Source: an uncultured bacterium
Lineage (GTDB): Bacteria > Lernaellota > Lernaellaia > Lernaellales > Lernaellaceae
Direction: 5' to 3'
Assembly (NCBI GenBank): GCA_964534375.1
Contig: CAZHPN010000071.1
Coordinates: 1 to 26,878, forward strand
DNA: 26,878 nucleotides
A program made the translations under genes and the position numbers. Below, one piece after another: positions 1-8,853 of the stretch. Within the stretch, counting starts at the first letter, position 1. Each line of letters begins with the position of its first letter. The notes beneath the pieces were generated by a model. It made no database searches and was not told where the DNA came from. It saw only the letters and a program-made list of their open reading frames with translations.

Positions 1-353
1 CGCAGGCCGCGCAGGCAATATTTTTCACGATCCGGTTCCTCCGAACGCGGGGCGCGCCATTGGTCCAACCGCCCCGGCCGACTTTCCCTGAACTGCCGCC
101 GATTTCAATGCCGATGACCCTATCAAAGAAACTCGGAAGGTGCCAGGGAAACTCGCCGGTTTGTTTTGCAACGCGCCTCGACGCTGAATCGAATCGCCGG
201 ATTCCCTTCGCGTAATCAGAACAGTTGGGTGCAGCAATGCCGATCCGAAATTCTTGACGGCGCCGTTCACCCTGCCGGGAAATCGACGCGAACCGGGAGG
301 GCACGTTTCTCTCTGACTACTAAGGAAGCCACTTCTTAACCTTGCAGGCGGCT

Positions 354-382
354 TGACAGTCTACTGCGGGGCCAACATCTTT
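354..382 (+). promoter_or_regulatory. Possible sigma70 promoter for the methyltransferase
   Basis: TTGACA, 17 nt, then CATCTT: perfect -35, weak -10. Confidence 0.3.
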
Positions 383-488
383 GCCGGGGAGGCCGCGTCT
401 GGCCGGCCGACAAAGCAAACGGATTCGCCTGCCCGAGCCTCCCAAACCGCCGCAAAGGCTATTCGCTTTAAGGGAAAGGAGATCGACC

Positions 489-1133
489 ATGGACCAGCCC
501 GGTTCGACGCAACCCAAACGCCCGCTTCGGCGGCAGTTGCGGGAGCGAATCGAGGATTTGTTTTTTAACAACATCTATCGCGGCACGCCGCCGTGGGACA
601 TCGGCCGGCCGCAGCCGGAGTTCGTCGCCTTGGCCGAGGCCGGCGCGATCCAGGGCGAGATCCTCGACATGGGCTGCGGCACGGGCGAGAACGCCCTGTA
701 CCTGGCGGCGCGCGGGTTGCGGGTTTGGGGCCTCGATTTCGCCCCGCGCGCGATCAAGAAGGCCAAAGAGAAAGCGAAGCAGCGCGGCGTAGATGTCGAA
801 TTCGTCACCGACAACGCGCTCGAGGCCGGCAAACTGACGCGCGCGTTCGACACGGTGATCGACAGCGGGCTGTTTCACACCTTCAACCTCGATCTTCAGC
901 CCGACTATGTCGCGACGCTGGCGCGCCTGGTCCGGCCCGGCGGCCGCGTGTTCGTCATGTGCTTCAGCGAAAATCAGCCCGGCACATTTGGCCCGCGCCG
1001 CATCACGCAGGCCGAAATTCGCCACGCGTTCCGGGAAGGTTGGTCTGTCCGTGACATCCACGCCGCGCGTTTCGAAGGCAATACCGAAAACGGCGCGGCG
1101 CAGGCGTGGCTCGCGACGATCGAACGGCTGTAG
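489..1133 (+). CDS. Class I SAM-dependent methyltransferase (TPMT/TehB-like)
   Basis: PPWDIGRPQP N-terminal motif, motif I ILDMGCGTGEN, GLDFAPRAI and FDTVIDSGLFH. The ATG at 489 follows an AAGGAG RBS, so the ORF-track start at 381 is probably too long. Confidence 0.9.
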   Translation: MDQPGSTQPKRPLRRQLRERIEDLFFNNIYRGTPPWDIGRPQPEFVALAEAGAIQGEILDMGCGTGENALYLAARGLRVWGLDFAPRAIKKAKEKAKQRGVDVEFVTDNALEAGKLTRAFDTVIDSGLFHTFNLDLQPDYVATLARLVRPGGRVFVMCFSENQPGTFGPRRITQAEIRHAFREGWSVRDIHAARFEGNTENGAAQAWLATIERL

Positions 1134-1187
1134 GTGGATCGGCCGCGACAGGCGCCCTCAGACGAGGATGGGGATCCGGACCTCACA

Positions 1188-1215
1188 CCCCTCGACTGCG
1201 TTCGGGACAGGCTCC
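1188..1215 (+). repeat. Short REP-like repeat (CCCTTCGACT..GCTCGGG.CAGGCTCC family)
   Basis: Matches the reverse complement of 21531-21558 at 23/28 nt. Intergenic, between convergent genes. Confidence 0.6.
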
Positions 1216-1363
1216 GACGCCGCAGAGAGCCGGCCGTAAGGTCCGTCCTGAGCGTCGGGTCCGCCTCTCTTCTTCGGCTTCGCCCCGGCAGTCGGGTCCG
1301 CCTCGTCATTTCGACCGGAGCGACCGGGCGCAGCAGTTGCGGGTTGGTTCACGCTTATCTCCG

Positions 1364-2575
1364 TCATTTGCCCGTATAATGCAAAATTGTGCCATGAGCG
1401 CCGACCGCCCACACGTCGGATTCGGACGCGCCCCACATCGAAGTCAGTCTTTCTTTCGTGCCAGATTCCATTTTTGTCCATTTGGCGCCATCATAATAAC
1501 ATATCCTGCTGGATCCGCTCAGAAAAAAGGCCTTCCCGGGCGCCCCACTCCAAACCGCGCCGAGGCCGCAACACGGCGGACAATCGGGCTTCATCGTCGT
1601 CCATTTTTTCCCGTCGAAATGCATGACCCCGCCGTCGGTTACAAAAATATTGTCTCGCGATGTTCCGTTAATATGGACCTTTCCCCGCAGCTCCGGGCTT
1701 TCCATCACCGACCATTTTTTCCCATCGTAATGCACCATGTTGCCAGGCCCAGCCGTCGCGTAGACATCACTTTCACTTGATCCCCAAACCGCAACCAGAT
1801 TTGTCGGCCATCGCGAAGGCGTATGTTGTTCGCCGACGCTCGCGTACAACGCGTACGGAACAACAATGGCCATCAACCCCCTTTCCGGGGGCCAGCCGAT
1901 CATTTTCCGCCACGCCACGCCGTCGTAACGATAAATGATCCCATTGCCCCCAACCACGAATATCGCGTCCCCTGACGCGCCCCAAATCGCCGTTGGGCTG
2001 CCGCCTCCCATCATAGGCGGACCGGCAACGAACGACCAACCCGCGCCATCGAAATGAAGCAACTCGCGGCCACGAACTTCGTAAAAAGTCGGGCTTCCGG
2101 CGTCGTGTACAACAAAAACGTTGTACTCCGAGTCTCCCCATATATCGTAGAGGTTCACTCCCCACGGCGGCGATACATCATTCCAACGATTTCCGTCATA
2201 GTGAAGCGCCGTCCCTGAGCTTCCCACCGCCCAAACGTCGTTCGACGATCTACCCCAAATTCGATTCAGCGCCTTTTCCGTTCCGGAGGCCACGCGTTGC
2301 CATTGCCCGATCATTACGCCGTGGGTTTCCTTCGCGTTGGAACTGATCTCGTTGCTTTCGGCCGGCGCGGTCAACTCCGTTGCAACCCGGTGCGCTGTTT
2401 TGCTCTCCATGTAGTTATTCGTCGCCGGTAAGGGATTCCCCAGGCGGCAGGCAGGCGAGCATGTGACATAAAATATCCACCAAATCCCGCAGGCCACCCA
2501 TATCGACGCAGTTGTTTTCACGACAAGCCGCGATTCCCGGGGCCCCTCGTTTCTTGGCCGGCCGATTGGCAACAT
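1364..2575 (-). CDS. Secreted/membrane-anchored 7-repeat beta-propeller-like protein (W-G-x-S-x-x-D-V...HYDG..W repeats)
   Basis: Seven ~40-aa repeats such as LNRIWGRSSNDVWAVGSSGTALHYDGNRW, and a hydrophobic N-terminal segment. The start may be the GTG near 2521. Confidence 0.8.
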   Translation of the reverse strand: MLPIGRPRNEGPRESRLVVKTTASIWVACGIWWIFYVTCSPACRLGNPLPATNNYMESKTAHRVATELTAPAESNEISSNAKETHGVMIGQWQRVASGTEKALNRIWGRSSNDVWAVGSSGTALHYDGNRWNDVSPPWGVNLYDIWGDSEYNVFVVHDAGSPTFYEVRGRELLHFDGAGWSFVAGPPMMGGGSPTAIWGASGDAIFVVGGNGIIYRYDGVAWRKMIGWPPERGLMAIVVPYALYASVGEQHTPSRWPTNLVAVWGSSESDVYATAGPGNMVHYDGKKWSVMESPELRGKVHINGTSRDNIFVTDGGVMHFDGKKWTTMKPDCPPCCGLGAVWSGAPGKAFFLSGSSRICYYDGAKWTKMESGTKERLTSMWGASESDVWAVGAHGTILHYTGK

Positions 2576-2837
2576 AAACTACTGTCCCGCCGCCGTTTCG
2601 ACCGCTCGCGCCGCGAGCCGCGCCTGATATGGGGCCAATTCCGGGGACGCAATACTATTCTCCGGGCCTTCCTCGGCTTTGCGCAGATAGCGTAGCGAAA
2701 TTCGGAGCAGGAAGCAAGAAAGCGCCACTTCAGCCGGCGGGCCGGCCGCCGGTTTTGGGCATCGGAGAGCCGGCAATCGGGGTTCGGAATTCGGGTACTT
2801 CCGGGCGTCGAGGCGGGCGCCCTGCGCCCGCAGTTCC

Positions 2838-2863
2838 GGCACAGCCGAGGGCGGCTGCGCTAC
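2838..2863 (-). repeat. GTAG-class REP-like palindrome
   Basis: Minus strand reads GTAG-CGCAGCCG-CCCT-CGGCTGTG-CC: a GTAG tetranucleotide followed by an imperfect hairpin, in an intergenic region. Confidence 0.6.
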
Positions 2864-2930
2864 GCACCCGGCGCCGCGCCACGCGGCGCCCGCGTTTTTC
2901 CGGCGTGCCTTGTTGCTGACTGACCGCACA

Positions 2931-3000
2931 CCACTGGCCACTGGAGACTCGCTCTTGGCCCGTGACCACTGGCCACTGGCTCTCGGCCACTGGCCACTGT
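2931..3000. repeat. Heptamer (CCACTGG) repeat array
   Basis: CCACTGG pairs at 2931-2944, 2966-2979 and 2987-3000 (last unit CCACTGT), directly downstream of the FGE gene stop. Confidence 0.75.
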
Positions 3001-4081
3001 TTAGCGCATCGTCCGCACGAGGCGGAAGCCGAGGCCGAAAACGCGTGAGCCGGCGGGTTCCCAAGCGCGAGCCGCCGAGCGGCATTCATACGCGGGGGAG
3101 CCGAAGCTTCCGCCGCGAAACACGTTCCGCGTGCCGCTGGCCGCGCCCACGGGATCCGTCGCCTGCCGGGCCGGGTAGGGGCCGTAGGCATCCCAAACCC
3201 AGTCGAACACGTTGCCATTCATATCGTAAAGCTGCCACGCGTTCGGCGTTTTTCCCCCGACCGGCTGCGTATTTTTGCCGTCGATGCTGTCGTCGGCGCA
3301 GTACCATGAAATTCGTCAAGTGAAACGGGACGTCGCATTGCAAATGATTTGCGTCGCTTGCCTGCCCGTTATGGTAGGCGGCGGCGGTCCCGGCGCGCTC
3401 CGCGTACTCCCATTCCGCCTCGGTCGGCAGCCGGCATCCTTCGCATTCGTAGACCGTGGCCGCCCCGTTGAGCGCGATCGTCGCGGAAGCGATGCCTTTT
3501 TGCGTGGTGTTCAGGCAAGCTTGGTAATTTGCGCCGGCGTTGGCGCCGTCTACGCATTGAACGCCGCTGAACATGTAACACGCCTGATAACCGGCGGTTG
3601 CCGATTCTGCATTCGCGTAAGCCGCCGCTTCATACCAACTGACATTTTCGACCGGGCAGTTGTCGCCGCACACGCCGCCTGCGCCGTTTGGGCCGAAAAA
3701 ACTCGGGTTCCAGCCGATCGCTGTCATAAATTGCTGCTGCGTCGTCGCGTTCACGCTCAATTCGAAATCGTGCGTCAGCGTCGTCGTGTACTGCGTTTCA
3801 TCGGTGTTGCGCCCCGGCTCGGAAACGGGGCTGCCCATCACGAACGTGCCGTGCTGGATCAAGACGAAGCCCGGCGCAACCGCGTCGTCGTTATCATTGT
3901 CGTCATCGTTGTCGTCGTCGTCCGGCGAGGCGTCGTTGTCGTCGTCCGGCGGCGCGGCATCGTCGTCATCGGCGCCGCCTAGCCGGGCGAACGAACCGCC
4001 GCCGGAACCGCCGCACGCAAAGGCGGAGGCTAAAATTACGGCGATTAGCAAAAGGATGAATAACCACTGCCAGCGCGTCAT
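3001..4081 (-). pseudogene. FGE-sulfatase (formylglycine-generating enzyme family, CLec fold) putative lipoprotein with an Asp-rich linker; frameshifted near 3310-3314
   Basis: ATG at 4081 with a GGAGG RBS, signal peptide ending LASAFAC, DDDDNDDD linker, GTFVMGSP, PVENVSWYEA and RLPTEAEWEYA. After HLT the conserved tail WYC...PVGGKTPNAWQLYDMNGNVFDW...RGGSF...GFRLVR continues in another frame to TAA at 3001. Confidence 0.85.
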
Positions 4082-4104
4082 GACTTGATCCCTCCGTTTC
4101 ACCG

Positions 4105-6204
4105 CTATTTGACGATCGGCGGCTTGCCGCCGAAATGCAAAACTGCGCCGCCCTCGCCGACGGCGTATACGTCGCCCGCCGAGGTTCCCGTCACGGCAAG
4201 CAACGAACGCGCCGTGCCGCTTTCCATCTCGAACCAGTGCACGCCATTGTAATGAAGAATAAGACCGTTGTCGCCAACGGCCCAGGCATCCGACGCGGAT
4301 GAGCCCCAAATTCCCCGGGGCGTGGCCCGAATGCCCTCCTCGACCGGCAGCCACTCCTTGCCGTCCCAACGAAGGATCACGCCAACGTCCGGCGGCGTGC
4401 GGCCGTCACTGCCGATCGCGAAGATATTATTGCGCGAAGCGCCCCAGACGCCGGTCAGCGTGTAGCCGTCGAGCGGCTGTCTCAGACCAGGTTTCTCGTC
4501 GAACGACGTGCGCGCGCGGTCGTTCATCGTCGTCCAAGACCAGCCGTTGAAGCGCACAATCAGGCCGCCGCGCGCATCCCCGCCGACGGCGAAAACGTTT
4601 CTCCGCGAAAGACCCCATATGGCGGCAAGGTTCATGCCGCCGCCGTTCTTCGTCGGCGTCCACCCCGCGCCATCGAATCGCAGGATCTCGCCTTGTTCGT
4701 GCGGCAGCGGCTTCCCGGCGGCAAAAACGGATGATCGCGACGAACCCCAAATGGCGTTTATGACATATTTCAAACCCGTCGCCGACGCCTGCCACGTCGA
4801 GCCGTCGTACCGCAGAACGATGCCGCCTCGCTCCGACTCATCCGCCGTCGTACCGCCGCCGACAAACACCTCTTTAGCCGAAGTTCCCCAGACTGACCGC
4901 CAAACGCCCGCGATCGCCGGCTTGAGCCGCGCCCAGGTTGAGCCGTCATAGTGCAATACTCCGCCCGCGTCCGCCGCCGCATAGATGTTCGACGGGGACT
5001 CGCTCCATACGCCGCGCAACGTCGCGGTTGTCGCGCGCCGCGACATTTCGGTCCATTTGGCGCCATCGTAGTGCAGAATCACGCCGCCGTCGCCGACGGC
5101 GAAGACGTCCGTCCCCGAACTGCCCCACACACCCGACAGCCCGTCGACCACGCCGGATTCCATCGCCGCCCAATCCGTTCCGTCGAAATGTAAAATGGTC
5201 CCATGATCGCCGACCACAAACGCGTCCGACCCGGAACTTCCCCAAACGTCGTTGAGTTGCTCCTCCGTTGGCGTCGACATTTTCGTCCAGGCCATGCCGT
5301 CGTAATGGAGAACCGTACCCTCCGACCCCACTGCAAGAACGTCGGAGGACGAGGGGCCCCAGATGCCGCGCATTTCTTTCGTCGCTCCGGTCTCGGCGAC
5401 AGACCAGCCCCCGTCGCCCAAGTGAATAATTACGTCTTTTGGCGGCATCTTGGGTCGAAGTCGGACGTCGCCGACCGAAAAAACATCCGTGCGCGAAATC
5501 CCCCACACGCTGTTTAGCCTAACGACTGCGTGATCTCCAACGTCGCCGTAGCTCATCCACTTTTTCTCCGTCACAGGCGGAAACTCAAACCGTTTGCGAT
5601 GCCGAATCTTGCGCCACGACGAAGGATCGACGTGAAAGACGCTGCCTTCCGATCCTGCGACAAACAAGTCGTGTTCGTCGACGCCCCAGAGGCCCTCCAA
5701 ATCTCCCCATATACGTAAATCCAGCGAAATCAGGTACGGAATTCGTTCCCAAACCGATCCATTGTAGTGAAGGATCGTACACATTTTCGCGGCGTTATTC
5801 ATCGATGGCGCCCCGCCCACGGCATAAATATCCGACATCGACGTCCCCCACGCGCGGTGAAGGTCCACACGCGTGCCGCTCCTCATCGGCAACCAAACCG
5901 AGCCGTCAAAACGAAGAATCGTCCCGTAATCGCCGACCGCAATCACGTCCGTCGATGACGATCCCCATACGCCCTTCAGCCCGTTCCCTTGGGGCAGCGG
6001 ATTTTGCCAATACCAGCCGTCGTCGCCGCATGTTCGGCCAGCCTCACAATCCATTCGTCGTTCGTTATTCTTCGGGCTGCTCGCGTTCGTTTCCCGATCC
6101 GCAGGGTTTTTCCCGCAGGCGTCCGCGCAGCCCGCGGCCCCGCTGAACACCAGCAGCAAATGAAGGCAAACAATAAGCCCGCGCCCGGTGCGTTTTTTGT
6201 TCAT
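4105..6204 (-). CDS. Putative lipoprotein with 14 beta-propeller-like repeats (probable double 7-bladed propeller)
   Basis: Likely start MNKKRTGRGLIVCLHLLLVFSGAAGC (ATG at 6204, just after the upstream stop). WYWQNPLPQGNGL is followed by 14 repeats of L-x-x-V-W-G-S-S-x-x-D-V-x-A-V-G...ILHYDG-x-x-W. Confidence 0.85.
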   Translation of the reverse strand: MNKKRTGRGLIVCLHLLLVFSGAAGCADACGKNPADRETNASSPKNNERRMDCEAGRTCGDDGWYWQNPLPQGNGLKGVWGSSSTDVIAVGDYGTILRFDGSVWLPMRSGTRVDLHRAWGTSMSDIYAVGGAPSMNNAAKMCTILHYNGSVWERIPYLISLDLRIWGDLEGLWGVDEHDLFVAGSEGSVFHVDPSSWRKIRHRKRFEFPPVTEKKWMSYGDVGDHAVVRLNSVWGISRTDVFSVGDVRLRPKMPPKDVIIHLGDGGWSVAETGATKEMRGIWGPSSSDVLAVGSEGTVLHYDGMAWTKMSTPTEEQLNDVWGSSGSDAFVVGDHGTILHFDGTDWAAMESGVVDGLSGVWGSSGTDVFAVGDGGVILHYDGAKWTEMSRRATTATLRGVWSESPSNIYAAADAGGVLHYDGSTWARLKPAIAGVWRSVWGTSAKEVFVGGGTTADESERGGIVLRYDGSTWQASATGLKYVINAIWGSSRSSVFAAGKPLPHEQGEILRFDGAGWTPTKNGGGMNLAAIWGLSRRNVFAVGGDARGGLIVRFNGWSWTTMNDRARTSFDEKPGLRQPLDGYTLTGVWGASRNNIFAIGSDGRTPPDVGVILRWDGKEWLPVEEGIRATPRGIWGSSASDAWAVGDNGLILHYNGVHWFEMESGTARSLLAVTGTSAGDVYAVGEGGAVLHFGGKPPIVK

Positions 6205-6211
6205 GTCGCAC

Positions 6212-7084
6212 TTACTTTGCGCGATCGCGCACACAACGGAAGCCCACTGAAACACTGCCCAATTTGGGAGGCGCACCCACCCCCCGGCTTGACAGTCGCG
6301 CCGACCGGCGGCTATCCGTCCACGACGCGCCGCGTTGAATCCGGCGTTCACCTGCGGAAGGCCCTCTTGGATTGCGATCCGGAGACTCGGCGTAATAATT
6401 GTCTCCGTACCAGTCGGCGCACCATTCTTCTACGTTGCCGCTGATGTCGCATAGTCCGAAACGATTCGGCGCAAATTCACATACCGGCGACGTTGCCGCA
6501 AACCTATCGTCGTAGCCTTCGAACACTTCCTCAGGATTCCCCGATGGAAAGCGTTTCTTGTAACTTTCGTCCGCGTAGTTGCCCGCCCCCGCCGGCGGGA
6601 TCTCCGCAGCACCCCAGGGATAAATATCCCCCGTTCGACCTCCGCGAAGCGCGTACTCGTATTCCGCCTCAGTCGGGAGGCGCTTATTCTTCCAACGACA
6701 ATACGTCGCCGCGTCCTGCCAATTTATTTCCGTTACCGGGTGATTCCGACGGCTTATTTTTCGCCAATTCCTGACAGAGGCTGCAACGGGCCCGCCCAAC
6801 AATGCCGGCTCGGGTTTGCCGCAGGAACCTTCGCGTACACATTCCGCATACTCGGCAACTGTCACCGGATGGATGTCCATCCAAAAAGGGCTGAGCACCA
6901 CCCGGTGCGCCGGTTTTTCCCAGTCCAGACATTCTGTGTCCGCGTCCACGCAGCCCATGACAAACGCGCCCCCCGGAAGGCGAACCATGCCGGCTCGCGA
7001 CGGACCCCGTAGCGCCCACGCAATTCCCAGTGCGGCGAGCACGCAAGCCGCCAAGCATAAGATCAACCACCGGAACCGACGCAT
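6212..7084 (-). CDS. FGE-sulfatase (SUMF1/EgtB/PvdO family) domain protein with an N-terminal signal/anchor
   Basis: MRRFRWLILCLAACVLAALGIAWAL, then MVRLPGGAFVMG, RLPTEAEYEYA, PNRFGLCDISGNVEEWCADWY, RGASW and GFRCVRD. Confidence 0.9.
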   Translation of the reverse strand: MRRFRWLILCLAACVLAALGIAWALRGPSRAGMVRLPGGAFVMGCVDADTECLDWEKPAHRVVLSPFWMDIHPVTVAEYAECVREGSCGKPEPALLGGPVAASVRNWRKISRRNHPVTEINWQDAATYCRWKNKRLPTEAEYEYALRGGRTGDIYPWGAAEIPPAGAGNYADESYKKRFPSGNPEEVFEGYDDRFAATSPVCEFAPNRFGLCDISGNVEEWCADWYGDNYYAESPDRNPRGPSAGERRIQRGASWTDSRRSARLSSRGVGAPPKLGSVSVGFRCVRDRAK

Positions 7085-7518
7085 TCTTACCAAGGAAAAG
7101 CCCCTTGGAGTCTCGGAAATGCAAGTTTTGACTGACGCCGTTTCCCAGTCTCGAGCAAATTCCAACATCGGCGCGGCACGCCGACCGAGCATGCGGACGT
7201 CGAATCAGCGCGGCGGTTCATCCAGACCTCCGACTTCGCAACGCGGAACTATTGCGCACGTTGCGGAAACCGACCAAATTGCCGTTCCAGTGACGGAAAG
7301 CGTAGCGAAACCGGCGGAAAGAATCAAGAAAGGTCGGCCGTTGCTCATGGTCGCCGGAGTGCGGCCGTTGGCGGTCAGCAATACAGTCTCGATCAACCGC
7401 AAATTATGCCGGACGTTGTCCTATTCGCGTGCATTCGCGGTTAAAGAAAACAGAAAATGAAAGTACCCCCGCTTTCGCGGTTTCATGGCGACAAAAAGCG
7501 ATAAATCGTAGATTACGC

Positions 7519-7534
7519 TGTTTCACGTGAAACA
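7519..7534. promoter_or_regulatory. parS: parS centromere-like site (ParB/Spo0J binding)
   Basis: Perfect 16-bp palindrome TGTTTCACGTGAAACA, matching the canonical chromosomal parS consensus, in an AT-rich intergenic region. Confidence 0.85.
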
Positions 7535-7616
7535 ATTTGGCCGGAATTTCCGGGCGGCCGGACGGCGAATTGTAAAAATTACGAAACAAAGCCAATTTCG
7601 GTTGGCGGACAGGCGC

Positions 7617-7642
7617 AAAAAAAGAGGGCTGAGCGCCCTCTT
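7617..7642 (-). terminator. Intrinsic terminator downstream of 7669..7962
   Basis: Stem AAGAGGGC / GCCCTCTT with a 5-nt loop, followed by a T-run on the minus strand. Confidence 0.75.
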
Positions 7643-7668
7643 CGTTGCGTCGCTGGAAAAAAGAAGCG

Positions 7669-7962
7669 TTAGCCGCGGGTGGCGCGTTTGTGCGCGTGGA
7701 TGCGGCGCTGTAGGATCTTGAGTTGTTTCTTGTCGGCGGTCTTGCGGATTTCTTCGCGTTTGGCCCGCAATTCGCGCATCGTCTTCTTGACCACGGCGTT
7801 GTTCTTGCGCGGCTTGACGTCGCGCGGGATGCCGAAGTGATCGAACAGCACGTCGAGCAGGTGCTGCTTGTTCATGCCGTGGGCGCCGACGAGGCCCTCG
7901 ATCTTCAGCGCCTCTTCGCGCAGCTTGATGACCGTCATTTTCAGCAGGGTTTGCTTGTCCAT
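7669..7962 (-). CDS. Small basic protein with a Rho N-terminal-like domain
   Basis: LLKMTVIKLREEA...GAHGMNKQHLL resembles the Rho_N helical domain. AAGGAG RBS and a basic coiled C-terminus. Confidence 0.7.
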   Translation of the reverse strand: MDKQTLLKMTVIKLREEALKIEGLVGAHGMNKQHLLDVLFDHFGIPRDVKPRKNNAVVKKTMRELRAKREEIRKTADKKQLKILQRRIHAHKRATRG

Positions 7963-8079
7963 TTTCGCTCCTTACGCAAAGTCTCCCGAAAGAGCGGCGG
8001 ATAGTAGGACCGCCGGCCAGCCTTGTCAAGACGCGCCGGCGGCGCCATGTTTAGGGCAAATTCGCGTGGGAGAATCATC

Positions 8080-8853
8080 GTGCCGCGCCCCCTGCTTTCG
8101 TCGCTCGTCCTGGCCTGCCTGGCCTGGTTCCCGCTCGCGGCCGGCGCCGCCGGGCCGCCGAAAATCCACATCGTCGACTACGCCGCGCTGACAGCGCTGC
8201 TCGACGCGCCGGACGAGAAGCTGCTGATCGACACCCGCGCCGAGGAGTCGTACGCGCGCGGCCACCTGCCCGGCGCCGTGAACCTGCCCGGGCCGCTGTT
8301 CGACAAAGACCAGATCCCCGGGCTGCCCGAGAACCGCAGCTTGATGCTGATCCCCTATTGCAGCGGCGGCCATTGCGGCATCGCCGAGTACGTGGGCGAA
8401 CGGCTGTTGGACCTGGGCTACCAAAACGTCTACGTCTACGACGAGGGCGCGCAAGGCTGGCTGGAACGCGGCCAGAATCTCGTGACCAAAAAGCAGGAAG
8501 ACTCCCCGGCGCTCGCGATGGCCGATTTCGGGGCGCTGCTGGCGACCGGGGCGGCGCTGCAGCTTGTCGACGCCCGCTCGGCCGTCGATTTCGCCAAACA
8601 GACCTCGCCGGGCGGCCGGAATCTGCCGCCCGACCAATGCCGCCCGGGCGCCAAAAACCTGCCGGCGGCCCAGGACCAACCGGTGGTGGTCTTCGGCCAG
8701 AGCCATTGGGACGCGCGCCCGTACGCCGTCGCCGATTGCCTGCGCAGCCTCGGCTACCGCAACGTGCGCATCTACGCGCTCGGCCTGAACCGCTGGCCGC
8801 ACGCCGGCCAGGCCCCGCCGCCCGTGCCGCCGGCCGGCAAGGCCGCGCCGTGA
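8080..8853 (+). CDS. Exported tandem rhodanese-domain protein
   Basis: Signal peptide; LIDTR...YARGHLPGAVNLP; YCSGGHC active-site loop; second domain LVDAR...LRSLGYRNVRIY lacks the Cys. GTG at 8080 after GGGAGA. Confidence 0.85.
   Translation: MPRPLLSSLVLACLAWFPLAAGAAGPPKIHIVDYAALTALLDAPDEKLLIDTRAEESYARGHLPGAVNLPGPLFDKDQIPGLPENRSLMLIPYCSGGHCGIAEYVGERLLDLGYQNVYVYDEGAQGWLERGQNLVTKKQEDSPALAMADFGALLATGAALQLVDARSAVDFAKQTSPGGRNLPPDQCRPGAKNLPAAQDQPVVVFGQSHWDARPYAVADCLRSLGYRNVRIYALGLNRWPHAGQAPPPVPPAGKAAP

Noticed and set aside
1..17. CGCAGGCCGCGCAGGCA as another mini-element end
   Set aside because: Imperfect match and cut off by the window edge.
25..270. 81-aa ORF at the window start
   Set aside because: No recognisable motif or RBS support.
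2444..2455. GCGGCAGGCAGG, matching the element's right end, inside the propeller gene
   Set aside because: No matching left end nearby; a 12-bp GC-rich match may be chance.
2579..3085. 168-aa ORF between the FGE and propeller genes
   Set aside because: Made largely of translated repeats (SGQWP..., VAQPPSAV); not a credible protein.
3001..7400. Diversity-generating retroelement (CLec/FGE targets plus an Avd-like four-helix gene elsewhere in the window)
   Set aside because: No reverse transcriptase in the window. The two FGE 3' ends are not near-identical, and I found no template repeat differing only at adenines.
7193..7402. Small ORF 7205..7402 in frame with the FGE gene across one TGA (readthrough or selenocysteine)
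   Set aside because: No recognisable domain or SECIS-like evidence, and the FGE gene has its own plausible signal-peptide start at 7084.
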